DNA from: the human T2T-CHM13v2.0 reference genome, Homo sapiens
DNA: 64,000 nt
NCBI RefSeq assembly: GCF_009914755.1
Contig: NC_060926.1
Strand: one strand, 5' to 3'
Part shown: positions 38,690 through 51,500 of the stretch, one piece after another
Layout: the number at the start of each line of letters is the position of its first letter
How positions within the stretch are numbered: position 1 is the first letter of the stretch
Notes under the pieces: generated by a model
Database searches by the model: none
What the model saw: the letters and a program-made list of their open reading frames with translations, nothing else
Told to the model about the DNA's origin: nothing
Made by a program: the position numbers and the translations under genes

Positions 38690-39992
38690 TTTTTTTTTAA
38701 ATCTTTTAGGCTTGGGGGGTACATGTGCAGGTTTGTTATATAGGCAAACTCGTGCCATGGGGGTTTGTTCTACAGATTATTACGTCACTCAGGTACTTAG
38801 CCTAGTACCCAATAGTTATCTTTTTCTGCTTTTCTGCCTCCTTCCACCCTTCACCCTCAAGTAGGCCCCAGTATCTATCGTTCCCTTCTTTGTGTTCATG
38901 AGTTCCCATCCTTTAGGTCCCACTTTTAAGTGAGAATATGTGGTATTTGGTTTTCTCTCCCTGCATTCGTTTGCTAAGGATAATGGCCTCCAACTCCATC
39001 CATGTGCCCAAAAAAGATAAGATCTCATTTTTTATGGTTGCATAGCATTCCATAGTATATATGAACCACATTTTCATTATCCAATCTGTCATTGATGAGC
39101 ACTTAGGTTGATTCCATGTCTTTGCTACTGTGAATAGTGCTGCAGTGAACATTCACGTGCATGTGTCTTTAAGGTAGAATAATTTATATTCCTCTTGGTA
39201 TATACCCTGTAATGGGATTGCTGGGTCGAATAGTAGTTCTGTTTTTAGCTCTGGAAAATGGCCATACTGCTTTCCACAATGGTTGAACTAATTTACACTC
39301 CCACCAATAGTGTATAATAGCAACCTTTTCTTTGCAACCTCACAAGCATCTGTTATTTTTTGACTTTTAAATAATTGCCATTGTGACTGGTGTGAGGTGG
39401 TACCTCATTGTGGTTTTATTTGCATTTCTCTAATGATCAGTGATGTTGAACTTTTTTTCATATGCTTTTTGGCCACATGTATGTCTTCTTTTGAAAAATG
39501 TCTGTTCATGTCCTTTATACACTTTTCTATGGGGTTGTTTATTTTTTTCTTGTAAATTTAAGTTCCTTAAAGATGCTGGATAGTAGACCTTTTTTGGGTG
39601 TACAGTTTGCAGAAATATTTTCTCCCATTCTGTAGGTTGTCTATTCACTCTGTTGATAGTTTCTTCTGCTGTGCAGAAGCTCCTAAGTTTAATTAGATTC
39701 TATTTGTCAATTTTTGCTTTTTGGGGGTTTGCTTTTGGCATCTTTTTCATGAAATCTTTGCCCATTCCTATGTCCAGGATGGTATTGCCTAGGTTGTCTT
39801 CCAGGGTTTGTATAGTTTTGGGTTTTACATTTAAGTCTTTAATCCATCTTGAGTTGATTTTTGCTGTAGTGACAGGTAGGGGTCCAGTTTAAATTTGCAT
39901 GTGGCTAACCAGTTACCCAGCACCATTTATTGAATAGGGAGTTCTTTCCTTTATTGCTTGTTTTCGTCAGCTTGTAAAAGATCAAATGGTTG
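38690..39992 (-). mobile_element. 5'-truncated L1PA (L1PA13-15-like)
   Basis: 3' UTR GGGGTACATGTGCAGGTTTGTTATA; peptides MFTAALFTVAKTWNQPKC and [11 protein letters not shown]; near-TSD TACAGATTTTT/TACTGATTTTT. Confidence 0.9.
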
Positions 39993-40057
39993 GATATACT
40001 GATTTTTCAAGTGTTAAACTAACCTTGCGTTTCTGGAATAATTCCTGGAGTCATGAA

Positions 40058-40365
40058 GTGTGTGTGTGTATGTATGTGTTTACTGAGACGGAATCTTGCT
40101 CTGTCACCCAGACTGGAGTGCAGTGGCACGGTCTCCACTCACTGCCCGCTCCTCCTTCTGAGTTCACGCCATTCTCCTGCCTCAGCCTCCTGTGTAGCTG
40201 GGACTACAGGCGCCCGCCATCACGCCCGGCTAATTTTTTGTATTTTTAGTAGAGACGGAGTTTCACCGTGTTAGCCAGGATGGTCTCGATCTCCTGACCT
40301 CATGATCCGCCCGCCTCGGCCTCCCAAAGTGCTGGGATTACACACGTGAGCCACCGCACCCGGCC
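40058..40365 (-). mobile_element. AluY with tail converted to a (TG)n/(TATG)n microsatellite
   Basis: GTTCACGCCATTCTCC, CCGTGTTAGCCAGGATGGTCTCGATCTCC; GTGTGTGTGTGTATGTATGTG in place of poly(T). Confidence 0.92.
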
Positions 40366-41284
40366 AATGTGTATCCTTTTTACATATTGCTGTATTAAAT
40401 TTGCTAATATTTTATTTAAGAATTTTGCATTCAAGATCCAAGCTCACGAGAGAAGTTAGCTTGAGATTTTTCTGGATTGTAATACTCATCACATTTTGCT
40501 TTATATTGACCTCATAAAATGCATTGAGAAGTGTTTCATCTTTTTCTAACTTCTGAAAGAGTTTGTATTTGTATAACTGTTATTTTTTTCCTTTGAATGT
40601 TTCTCTCTGATAATCTCATCTAAACCTATAGATTTCTTTGTGTGAAGATGTAAAGATACAGACCTAATGTCTTTAAAAATATGAGCATATTTATATTTTA
40701 CATTTCTTTTTGCTACATTAAGATTTTCTAGGAATTATCTACTTCATTTAAATCTTCAAATTTATTTGCATAGACAGTTTTCCATAAAATTCTTTTTCTA
40801 TACCTATAGGATCTATGGTAGTGTTCTCCTTTTCACTTATGCTAGTCATATTTTAAGTCTTCTCAGTATAATTTTCATTAGTCTTGCTAGGTAGGTATGT
40901 ATAGTTTTATTATTCATTTTAAAGAATTAACTTTTGGCTGTTTAATTTTCTCTCTTTTGGTTTATTCACTTCCTAAATAATTTTCTGCTCTTACACTATC
41001 ACTTTTCTTCTACCTTTCTGGATTTAATTTGCTGGGTTATTTTTTTTTCTTGAGAAGATATTTAGATTATTAAGTTTTGGTAGTTCTTTTCTAAAATATT
41101 CATGTAAGGCCATATGCTTCATTCTAGGGTAGTTTTAGCTGCATTCCATTAGGTTTTATATTTCCTCTTTTCATTATTTAGTTGAAAATCTTTTCTAGTT
41201 TTCACTGTTTGTTCTTTGAGTCATGGGCTATAGAAGTCTATTCCTTAATTTGTAAGAATTTGGAGATGTGTTTCAAAAATTTTC

Positions 41285-42760
41285 TCAAATGTGTGGATCA
41301 CTAGGGACTTTTTTTCTGATGGGTTTTACAAACATTTTTTACTTGTGGCTTGTGCTAACTTTAGGAGAGCTGGATTGGATGATGACTGCAAGTTTTGGTA
41401 TTCCTTGAACTGTTCTCCTCATTCTCCAGCAGCAGTTCTTATAAAAAATAATGTATATGCCATGCACTTTCCCCCAAATGTAACTTCATTAATTCAGCCA
41501 CGTGACCAGGATATTCTTAGATCAATGAAGAATAAATATAAAAACATTTGCTTGAGCAGCATGCTAGCAGCAGTGAACACTGACATGAGTGTGGAAGATT
41601 TTCAAAATGAGTTAAACATGAAGGGTGCCATCTATGCTGTTGCCAATGTTCGGAACACAGTGACTATAGACACAGTTGTGCATGCCTCGCACAGCCTCTG
41701 GCTTGAGACTATGTTCAGTGATGATGATGAACAAGGTGGTAACTTTGAAGGATTCTATATGTCAAGTGAGAAAAAATAATGTCTGACTTTCTTACATATG
41801 CAAGAAATATACCTTCAGAGTCTGTTAGCTGAAAGAAGTGAATACTACAGAAGTTTTTAACGTTGATAATGAGGTTTCATTAATGTATTAACTGATGGTG
41901 AAATAGGGGAAATGTTTCTGAATCAAGATGATTATAATAGGGATGATGATGACGTTAACACTGCAGAAATGCCTATAGATGACATGCTTGAAAATGTATC
42001 ATGGGCTTATTGAGGGACTAGAATGAGAGACTTCAAAGACAAAAACCATTGTCAATGAGGCAAGATGACTCTGGAAGAAAGATTTTTAAAAAGCCATCCA
42101 GCAGAATGCAGAATGCCTCCTTAACCCTAGAGAACCCACTTTCTGGTCTCAACTGCTTCTGTTGTTTCTTCTCACTAAAAAAAAAAATAGAGCATACAGT
42201 AAACTTTTAATTAAAACTGAACGCCATAGGTGGAGACTGAAAGCTGATTATTTGTTGTTGCCATTGCTTAACAGCTGACACAGGGATTCTGGTGATGCTA
42301 CTGTGCTGCTTAGTTACCTTGGTAACATTATTTTTTCCACTGCATTAGTGGTATGTCATATTTTTTACTGTTACGTACTTATGTGTGAAGAAGAGTAAAA
42401 AATGATTGCTTATTGATGGCGTATAAATTCAGAGTTAGTAATGATGATGCCAAACAACCACAGGTTGTCCACATGGGTGGCTGAGATAGTGACATTTTTG
42501 CTTTCTGATCATTCATGTACACAAACTTTGTTTCATGCACAAAATTATTTAAAATATTGTATAAAATGACCTTCAGGCTATGTGTATAAGTGTATATAAA
42601 ATGTAAATAAATTTTGTGTTTAGACTTTGGTTCCATTTTGAGACATCTCATTATGTATAGGCAAATATTTTAAAATCTGAAAAAAGATCCAAAATCTGGA
42701 AAAAAGATCCAAAATCTGAAGCACTTCTGGTCCCAAGTATTTTGAATAAGAAACAACCTG
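41285..42760 (+). mobile_element. Tigger4 (Zombi)-type transposon, 5'-truncated, with transposase relic
   Basis: Right TIR region GCACTTCTGGTCCCAAGTATTTTGAATAAGAAACAACCTG followed by TA; DDE transposase ORF at its start. Confidence 0.85.
41291..41779 (+). pseudogene. Pogo/Tigger DDE_1 transposase fragment, 162 open codons
   Basis: WITRDFF..F, LNCSPH, FPPNVTSLIQPRDQDILRSMK are CENP-B/TIGD/JRK-family DDE motifs; no N-terminal HTH and no true ATG start. Confidence 0.8.
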
Positions 42761-42795
42761 TATGTCAGGTCAAGTTTGTCAGGTCTCTACTGCCC

Positions 42796-43087
<292 letters not shown>

Positions 43088-43519
43088 ACATGTTTGTTTT
43101 ATATATTTAAAACTGCATTATTTAGTGCATATAAATTTAGAACTACAATTATTCCTAGTCAATTGATTACTTAGTATCATAAAATACAAAATATTGCTTT
43201 CTCTATCTAGGAATACTTCTTGTCTTCAAGTATGTTTTGTATTAAATAGCTACAGTAACTTTTTGTTGGTTCATGTTTGCATATTTTCATCCTTCAACCT
43301 CTCTGTGCACGTATATTTAAAGTGTTTCTTGTAATTAGCATTATAGTTTCTTTTAAATCCAGTCTGATAATATTTTAATTGGACTAATGAGTCAATTTGT
43401 GCTTTATGTGATTACTGATTTGAGTTTTGTATCTACCATCTTATCATTTATCTTATAATTCCCACTTGTTTTTAATTTTTTCTTTTTTCAACCTTCATTT
43501 GGATCAATCAAAATCTTAA

Positions 43520-43885
<366 letters not shown>

Positions 43886-44569
43886 TAAAAATAATTCTTT
43901 CAGTGGTAACCCCTGTGATTTTAAACACACATTCATTACTTAATAGAGTCAAATATGAATTTGTATTTTTTTCTACTTCCTAGACATGTAAAATACTTAG
44001 AACACTACATTTACTCCCCCAACTTTTGCCATTTATGTTATTTTGGCCAGCCATTGAAATTCTACACATATGCAAACCTTTATAAGACATTATTATTGTT
44101 ATTGAGTAACATTGACATTTATTTAGATTTTTCCTTATACTTAACATTTCTACTGTTTTACATTTCTTTCTTTCTACAGTAATATTGCCAAAAGCTTTGG
44201 TGTCTTCTCCACTTCTTATCAGGGTTTTTTCTCTGCTAGGAATTCTGGTCTCTACTCTTGCAAGCTCTAATTTTGAATTGACAAATAAAAGGAAAAATGA
44301 ACTAACAGAATGTTGGCTTACCCGTCTGTGGTTCCTTTCTGTTCATGACCTTGCCCCCTCAATCATTGTCACAGTAGTGCTCTAATTTTTATTTGTATTT
44401 TATTTTTTGTATTTTATCTATTTCTTGTTATCAGAAGGGAGACTTCTGGAAATTATTTTTACATAGAGGGAAGAAATATTCTCATATACTTTTAAAAAAT
44501 AGTCTCCAAATTGACAGAGAGAAATGATAAATGAAGCACATAAATAATTCTGATTTAGAATATAGTCCA

Positions 44570-45255
44570 GGCATGATTCACTCAGTCATGTCTCAGTATA
44601 ACATTTAAAGGTATACTAGAGGCTTAATCTTGCCAGGTAATATTCCATGGTAGGTAAGTTTTCAAGAATAAGAAAACAAGATCTCCTGAGTTTATATTCT
44701 TTTGGAGAGGGATTTGGCTGGAGGAAGACATAGATAATATATAGTATATTATATATTAATGGGATAATTAAGAGAATAAAAAATACTACAAAAAATAAAG
44801 CAGGGAGATTTTATATAGAGAGACTGGGAGGCAGTGGAATCAGGCTATCGTAGACTTAGTACTCTGCATGGTTAAAGACATTTCTGTAGAGGTCATATTT
44901 TGAGAACTAAACGAGAAATAACTGGACTTATATAGACTTAGTGACAGAAGATTCCTGGGAGAAGAAATAGCAAGTGAGAAGATCCTAAGAGGTAAATGGT
45001 TTAGGCATGTTCATACAGAAATCTTGAGTGGCTTAAACATAGAGGATGAAGGGACAAATGATGTGAGATGCGATCAGAAATATACCCAAGGCTCAGATTA
45101 GTGGGTTGAGTTTTACTCAAATGCAATAGAAATCCACTAGAGAGTTTAAAATAAAGAGATGATATGAATTATGTTTTAAAAGATCATTCTGGCTCTGGTG
45201 TTGAGAATGATTTACAGGGCACTGGAGAGGAAGTAGGAAGGCCAGGTAAGGGTAG
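44570..45255 (-). mobile_element. L2 fragment
   Basis: CTCCTGAGTTTATATTCT, TTATGTTTTAAAAGATCATTCTGGCTCTGGTGTTGAGAATGA. Confidence 0.7.
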
Positions 45256-45257
45256 AT

Positions 45258-45640
45258 CAGGTTAAGCATGGTAGATTGGACACATGTTTACCTTGGTTCT
45301 CTCCTGTAATTCTACTAAAATGATAGAGAAGGGATTAAAAGGGGATGAACTCAGAAAGAAAAAAAGAACTAGGAATGGGAGGTAATAATAACTACATTAT
45401 ATGCATTGAGCAGGAAAATGGAGGTTTATTATCTAGAGAGCTTTGGGACATCTGACTCAGTTCAGGAAGATGGGTGTCATCTTGAACAGTGAGATTAAAT
45501 CAAAGTGTTCATATTGAACATAAAAGCTTCCAGCTCCCTCCCTCCCTCCACGTAGCTAAGATTGCTTCTTAGGCTTATGTTCCTCAGGCAGGAGATTGGA
45601 GCATTCATTTCTGAGGCTATTTAACAGCTTAAGATTGTTA
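45258..45640 (+). mobile_element. HAL1/L1ME-type 5' end
   Basis: GGTTAAGCATGGTAGATTGGACACATG...CTACTAAAATGATAG. Confidence 0.45.
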
Positions 45641-46221
45641 ATGAGAAGCACCACTTAACATCTCCTTATGCTATTTTATCAATTGAAAGAATTTACTGGG
45701 TGACCTGAGAACATTTAAACCACACAGAGGTTTTGGTAATGGTCATGGCCGCTATCTCCTTACTTTGATCCTTGCTTAAGGGTGAGTTTTAATGAGCTTC
45801 CCTTGCTTTAAAACTTTCTTAATTTTAAATTTGAAAATTAGTTCTCTCTTCTAACCTAATATGTTCTCCAATTTCTGGGCTAATTTTCTTTCATTCTTTT
45901 CATTCCTACTTGAAGGCTGAACAGTTTTTTTTTTCTGATCTCATGTATTTGTTGTAATATGCCATCAAGCATTACCCACAGAGACCTATCACAGAATTTA
46001 GTTCTACTTTTCCTTCCTCTACATTTGGAAATATGATATCATTAAATAACATAATCCTTCTCCAGGTTCATAGTTGTACCAAATATTTTGCCACTAAAAA
46101 GCACGAATCACCATCTTTCCTGCCTTCAATATTAGTTTCTTCACTCCCTGCTATCTCGACACTGAGCCAATGTTACATATTTGATATTTATTGTTATGGC
46201 AGTGCCCCACTGTGGTCCCAG

Positions 46222-46630
46222 TGATTGAATTGGTCAAGATAGCATAACTTAGGCTAGCATAACAAACAACCCCCAAATCTGCCTAAATACAACTAAATTT
46301 TTTTTTGCTTGCTCGAGCAATATCTATGCAGGTCCAGGTGTCTCTCCAGCTGACTCCCTAGCTGTTCTCTATGTATTGGTTCAGTATTCCAAGCTGCTTT
46401 GATTTTCATATCAATACATCACTATGCATCACTATGATACGAAAAAACTGGAGATTTAACCACTTCATTTAAATACTTCCATCTAGAAATGACAAGATTA
46501 GTTTTTTTCTAATGATTTGCCTGAAATAAGACTTATGGCCATGCTAACTTCAAGGTGTAGGAAAGTGTAGTCTGCCCTTGTGTGCACAAGAGGAGGAGAA
46601 CCAGATATTAATGTTAGTAATATGTACTAC
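46222..46630 (-). mobile_element. Old MaLR LTR (MLT1K/L-like)
   Basis: TAACAAACAACCCCAAATCT, TATGGCCATGCTAACTTCAAGG..GGAAAGTGTAGTCT, ends TACTACA. Confidence 0.65.
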
Positions 46631-46683
46631 AGAAGATATCGCATCTCCTAAACAAGAAAAGGATACATCCTCCTTCACCCCCC

Positions 46684-46818
46684 TTTTCAGAGACAGCGTC
46701 TCAGTACATTTCTCAGGCTAGTTGGTCTCCATCTCCCATAACTGCTAGGCTCAAGCGATCCTCCTGCCTCAGCCTCCCTAGTAGCTAGGACCACAGGCAC
46801 AGGCCATTGCATCTGGCT
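46684..46818 (-). mobile_element. Free Alu monomer (FLAM_A/FAM-like)
   Basis: GGCTCAAGCGATCCTCCTGCCTCAGCCTCCCTAGTAGCTAGGACCACAGG, single arm. Confidence 0.8.
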
Positions 46819-46829
46819 AGAGATGGTTT

Positions 46830-47400
46830 TCTTCAAACAAGACATAAGATAAACTTTGAGAATAAAAAAATTCTTGAGAAAAATTGCTAACAGACATGTT
46901 AAAAGGTCTTTAGAAGTGTCAGGAAAATTGAGAAATGTCCAGAAAATAGAGCAAAAGTAAAAACAGACAGGAGTTTGAGAATTTTTATGTTCAGAAAGAC
47001 TGTCAATGGAGTGTGAAGATTTAAAAACATTTTCTAAACACAAAGTCTCAAAATATTGGCCTATGAAGCATATTTCCTTAGAAATTAACTAGGGAATTTT
47101 CATCACAATAAAGGAGTAAACCAGAAAGTTGACATGGGATCCAGGAAACAAGGGTCCAGGCATTGATAAGACACCAAGGGAATTCCCAGGATGAAAGTGA
47201 TAGGAACCCAAGGGATCACCGACACACATGCTGCTGGCCCAGTCCGGATGATCAGTCTGGAGAGAAACAAAAGGCTTCAGTAGTTATCTCTCTAAGAAAG
47301 ATAAGGACATGCAGGGATTACCTGATATGTTTCAATCTGTAAGGGAAATTTACATTTTGCACTGTGGGTTTAGAGATGAATTAATGAAAAGAGATTTTTC
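46830..47400 (+). mobile_element. HAL1 fragment
   Basis: GGAGTAAACCAGAAAG..GACATGGGATCCAGGAAACAAGGG..GGGAATTCCCAGGATGA. Confidence 0.65.
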
Positions 47401-48415
47401 CTTTCCTGAAGAATGTTTTTAAGAAGGAAACACCTCATTTGCTATTATATGAAAACTAAAATCTCCAATCAATCTCTTGCCTAAGGTTTAAAGTCAAAAC
47501 AAATCAGTAAAATATTTATTTTGAAAAAGTAATTCTTAAGATGGTATCTTTGGTTAAAATATGAAGGTCCTAGGTGAGAGAGAAAGGAACATGTGGCAGA
47601 ACTTATTAACTTGATTCTATTGTGATTCTACATTGGCTCTAATAGTACCCTAGAATTTTTTTTAGTGCCATAATGTGTTAAGTCTTATGAAAATAAAATG
47701 GCTTTGATAATCATTTGTATGTTGTTTAATGCAAGAAATGAGACCCATGTTCTTGTCTATGTTCTAATATCAATGAGCTCTATTTCCTAACATATCTAAG
47801 CCTTGGTTTCTTTGTATTTTTTTTTCCAGACAGGGCTCTCTAGTAACAAATGCTGTCATTGCTACCTCATATGCAGACCATGTACTTCCTAATCCATATT
47901 AAGTTGAAGGGTCTCTGGCATTATTATATTGGAAAACAGTCAAGGCTCATTTTCCTCTGTTTATTTTGGAATTGGTTGTCTGTGTTAGGAATGGGGTGAC
48001 TAAAATTTTTTCGTTCAGAACCTCAGAATGAAATACTAAATCTTTTCAAAGAAGAAAAAAATCCTCTTATTCTTTACGTGTTCCATCAGAGTTGGTACAG
48101 TTGACTTTCATTCCTCTTTGTATGAGGGTTGCAATAGTGAGTAAGAAAGATCTAAGGCCAACTGATTTCTAAACATGGCTGTGCTGTGCTTATGTTTCCT
48201 TTAAGTAGAAGAAAATCAATATATTCTGGTTGAATGTCTCTCACAACGAAGCTACTGAGGGTGATGATACATATAAGATATACTGCAGTTCTCAAACAAT
48301 TTATAATCTCTGTACAAGTAGAGATAAGTTAACTGTGCATAAAAAATAACCAACAAGAAATGTGATGGAGACAATAACAGTTAGATGAATTCACATCCAG
48401 GAGCAATTGCGGGGA

Positions 48416-49294
48416 GCTAGTATGGTTAGGAAAAGCTGCTTGGAATGGGGCTGAGTATATTTGGATAGATTTATATAGGAAATATCAGGGATTGAGGGTA
48501 GGGAAGAGATGGCATTAAGAAAGACCAAGGATGGTAATGGGAACAATAATAGTGGTAATAAAACCTCAATAATAATTATAATAAGGAATTTAATAATTGT
48601 TAGCTAATCAGAAGGCTTTTCCTACCCCTAGCTCCATGACTATGAGCCCTTGAGTGCAGGATCAGCTAGCAGAATATTAGGACACTTTTATTATAAGCAT
48701 CTTTCAAGCCAAGATAATCAAACATTTTCCTAAGACAGACCACTCGGAGAAAAAAGCCTTCACAAAGATTTTACAGCATCCCAACATTTCAATTACTTCC
48801 TAAGATTTACAGATCCTTTCTCTTCTCAACACATCAGAAGTCACCCATATTCTTATGACAAAGAGGACATAGAGTAGGAATGGAGGGAATGTTATCAGTA
48901 GGACATGTGCACCCTTCAACTCTGGTCTGGTCTCTGATCTTACCTTGTGAGTCTTCCACTTTTGATGTTCAACAGTGAAGACTCCTGGCAGCATGGCACA
49001 GAGCTTTTTAAAACTTTGACTGTGGTGTCAGACTGAGCTCAAACCCTGACTCTTCATTCATCAGCTGTGTGATCTTGGGCAAGTTACTCAACTGCTCTAA
49101 GCTTCGTTTTCTTCACAGGTGAAAAAGGAGAATAATGATGCTTACCTCATTGTTTCTGGGTGATTGAGTGAGATAGTCCACATATAGCACTTAACACAGT
49201 GTTAAGAACATGGGAATATGGTATAAATGTTTATTCTTGTTGACAGTTGTTTACTTGGTAAAATTTTGCTGCCTCATTTTAGACTCCAGAATCC
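48416..49294 (+). repeat. Local duplication, copy 1 (putative donor; contains L2 and MIR remnants)
   Basis: Collinear with 50201-51084 from GCTAGTATGGTTAGGAAAAGCTGC to CATTTTAGACTCCAGAATCC. Confidence 0.95.
48988..49240 (+). mobile_element. MIR SINE (second copy at ~50780-51030)
   Basis: AGCTGTGTGATCTTGGGCAAGTTACTCAAC..CTCTAAGCTTCGTTTTCTTCA. Confidence 0.8.
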
Positions 49295-49499
49295 TACATA
49301 TGTATATTTTATTTTAGTCTTAAAAAAACTAGGAGTGCTATAAATTAGTCTGGGGGGGTTGGACATATTTAGCAAAATATATATTCTATTATATAGAAAA
49401 AAATGCCAATCAAAGTCATCTTATTTTAAGTGTCAGAAAACATTAGGATGACATGTCCTTCATTTCTTGAACTTCTTTATAATTAAAACCATTATAAAG

Positions 49500-49765
49500 C
49501 AATAATAATCAACAATATTTATTGATCACTTGCTATGTGCCAGGCATTGGGCTGGGACTTTATAGGCAATAAATTTCACTTATGAGGTAGGGCTTGTACT
49601 ATCCTCATTATTGTTTTATCACCACCCTTTTTAATGGATAAGGAAACTCTTAAAAAGGGCGAGCAACTTAGCTTTAGCCACATTGACAGGAAGTACAGAG
49701 AATGGACATACATCCAGGCAGTGTGAAATCAAAGGCCTCTTTCCTGTACCACACAGCTATGCTAT
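49500..49765 (-). mobile_element. MIR SINE
   Basis: ATTTATTGATCACTTGCTATGTGCCAGGCATTG, GGATAAGGAAACT, CCAGGCAGTGTGA. Confidence 0.7.
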
Positions 49766-50149
49766 GGAGATGGTGTCTGGAGGGGCAGGTTCACATGAGA
49801 AAGTAGTGCAAGATTGTCCAGGTCATTTGGGGCCAAATTATAAAGAGTTTTAAATGCAGAGGAACTCTAGAAAGTTGACCTGGATCGCTCTTCAAAAAAT
49901 GTTAGTTAATCTGCTTGTGTGCTGGGGATATTATCACATGGAACACATGTCTCATTGCTTGCTGATATACTTAGGTCAGCCAGATGGTCAGTAAAACACT
50001 TGGCATAGTGCCGATGTCCATAGCAAACGCTATACAGATAGTAGTTGTTTTCCTTAACATACTGCCGCCTTATACGGTGTTCTTACCTCCATTTAAGAAA
50101 TTCGCCAGATTACCCATTGCTGTTGATTTACCTTGCAATACATTTTGAC

Positions 50150-51500
50150 TGATACTCATGAAATGCCATGACTGCCAATGCAGGTCACCTCTAACCAGGT
50201 GCTAGTATGGTTAGGAAAAGCTGCCTGGGATGGGGCTGAGTATATTGTGATAGATTTACTTAACTGATAGGAAATATCAGGGATTGAGGGTAGGGAAGAG
50301 ATGGCATTAAGACCAAGGGTGGCAATGGGAACGATAATAGTAGTAATAGAACTACAATAATAATTATAAAAACCTTAGTAATTGTTAGCTAATCAGAACC
50401 CCTTTCCTACCCCTAGCTCCATGACTATGAGCCCTCGAGTGCAGGATCAGCTAGCAGAATATTAAGACATTTTTATAGTTATAAGCATCTTTCAAGCCAA
50501 GAGAATCGAGCATTTTCCTAAGACAGACCTCTCTCAGAGAAAAAAGCTTTCACAAAGATTTTACAGCATCCCAAATTTCAATGACTTCCCAAGGTTCACA
50601 GATCCTTTCTCTTCTCAACACATCAGAGAAGTCACCCATATCCTGAGACAAAGAGCACATAGACTAGGAATGGAGGGAATGTCATCAGTAAGAATTGCAA
50701 CCTTCAACCTTGGTCTGGGAGGTCTCTGATCTTACCTTGTCAGTCTTCCACTTTTGATGTTCAGCAGTGAAGACTCCTGGCAGCATAGCACAGAGCTTTA
50801 AAACATTGGCTCTGATACCAGACTAAGATCAAACCCTGACTCACCACTCATCAGCCATGTGATCATGGGCAAGTTATTCAACTGCTCTAAGCTTCATTTT
50901 CTTCACAGGTGAAAAAGGATAATAATGATGCTTACCTTATTTTTTCTGGGTGATTGAATGAGATAGTCCATATATAGCACTTAACACAGTGTTAAGAACA
51001 TGAGAATATGGTATAAATGTGTATTATTGTTGACTATTGTTTACTTGGTTAAATTTTGGTGCTTCATTTTAGCCTCCAAAATCCAGGTACTTGGATGTGT
51101 AACATGCTTACTGTCGACTAGTCCTGCTTGTTTCCAAACCCATCAGTCAGTTGTACTTGTTATTTTCATCATGCAATCTAAGTAAATTGTTATAGAAACC
51201 AATGAAACATGAATATGGAAAGAGATATTTCTATATAAACTTAACTGAATGCTTTAGATATGTTTCATAAAGACATTTTAAAAATTATGTCAAGTTAGTT
51301 GTGGGCAAGAAATGTAAAAAATAAGAAATTCTTATAAAAATCCAGAAAGATTGTATTCAGATTTCTTCCTGGGGGTTTAAAATTTTTGCTTCACTTTAAA
51401 GACTTATTGCATCATAAGTGTATTTTGTGATGTGATATGGAACTTCGGTAAATATGGAATGAATCCTATTCTCCCATAAAAAAGAAAGGCAGGGTAATTT
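50150..51500 (+). mobile_element. Tigger15a-like element interrupted by duplication copy 2
   Basis: CTGCCAATGCAGGTCACCTCTAACCAGGT | ACTTGGATGTGTAACATGCTTACTGTC; then AACTTAACTGAATGCTTTAGA..TTAGTTGTGGGCAAGA..AAAAATCCAGAAAGATT (HTH-region relic). Confidence 0.65.
50201..51084 (+). repeat. Local duplication, copy 2 (putative derived insertion)
   Basis: Collinear with 48416-49294; CCAGGT at 50195-50200 and 51083-51088. Confidence 0.95.

Noticed and set aside
44735-44762. AT-only quasi-palindrome
   Set aside because: Low-complexity (TA)-rich sequence is self-complementary by composition
48416-51084. The direct repeats read as two LTRs of a retroelement
   Set aside because: No TG...CA ends, PBS or PPT; the repeats contain MIR/L2 pieces and the spacer is MIR/L2/Tigger, not retroviral
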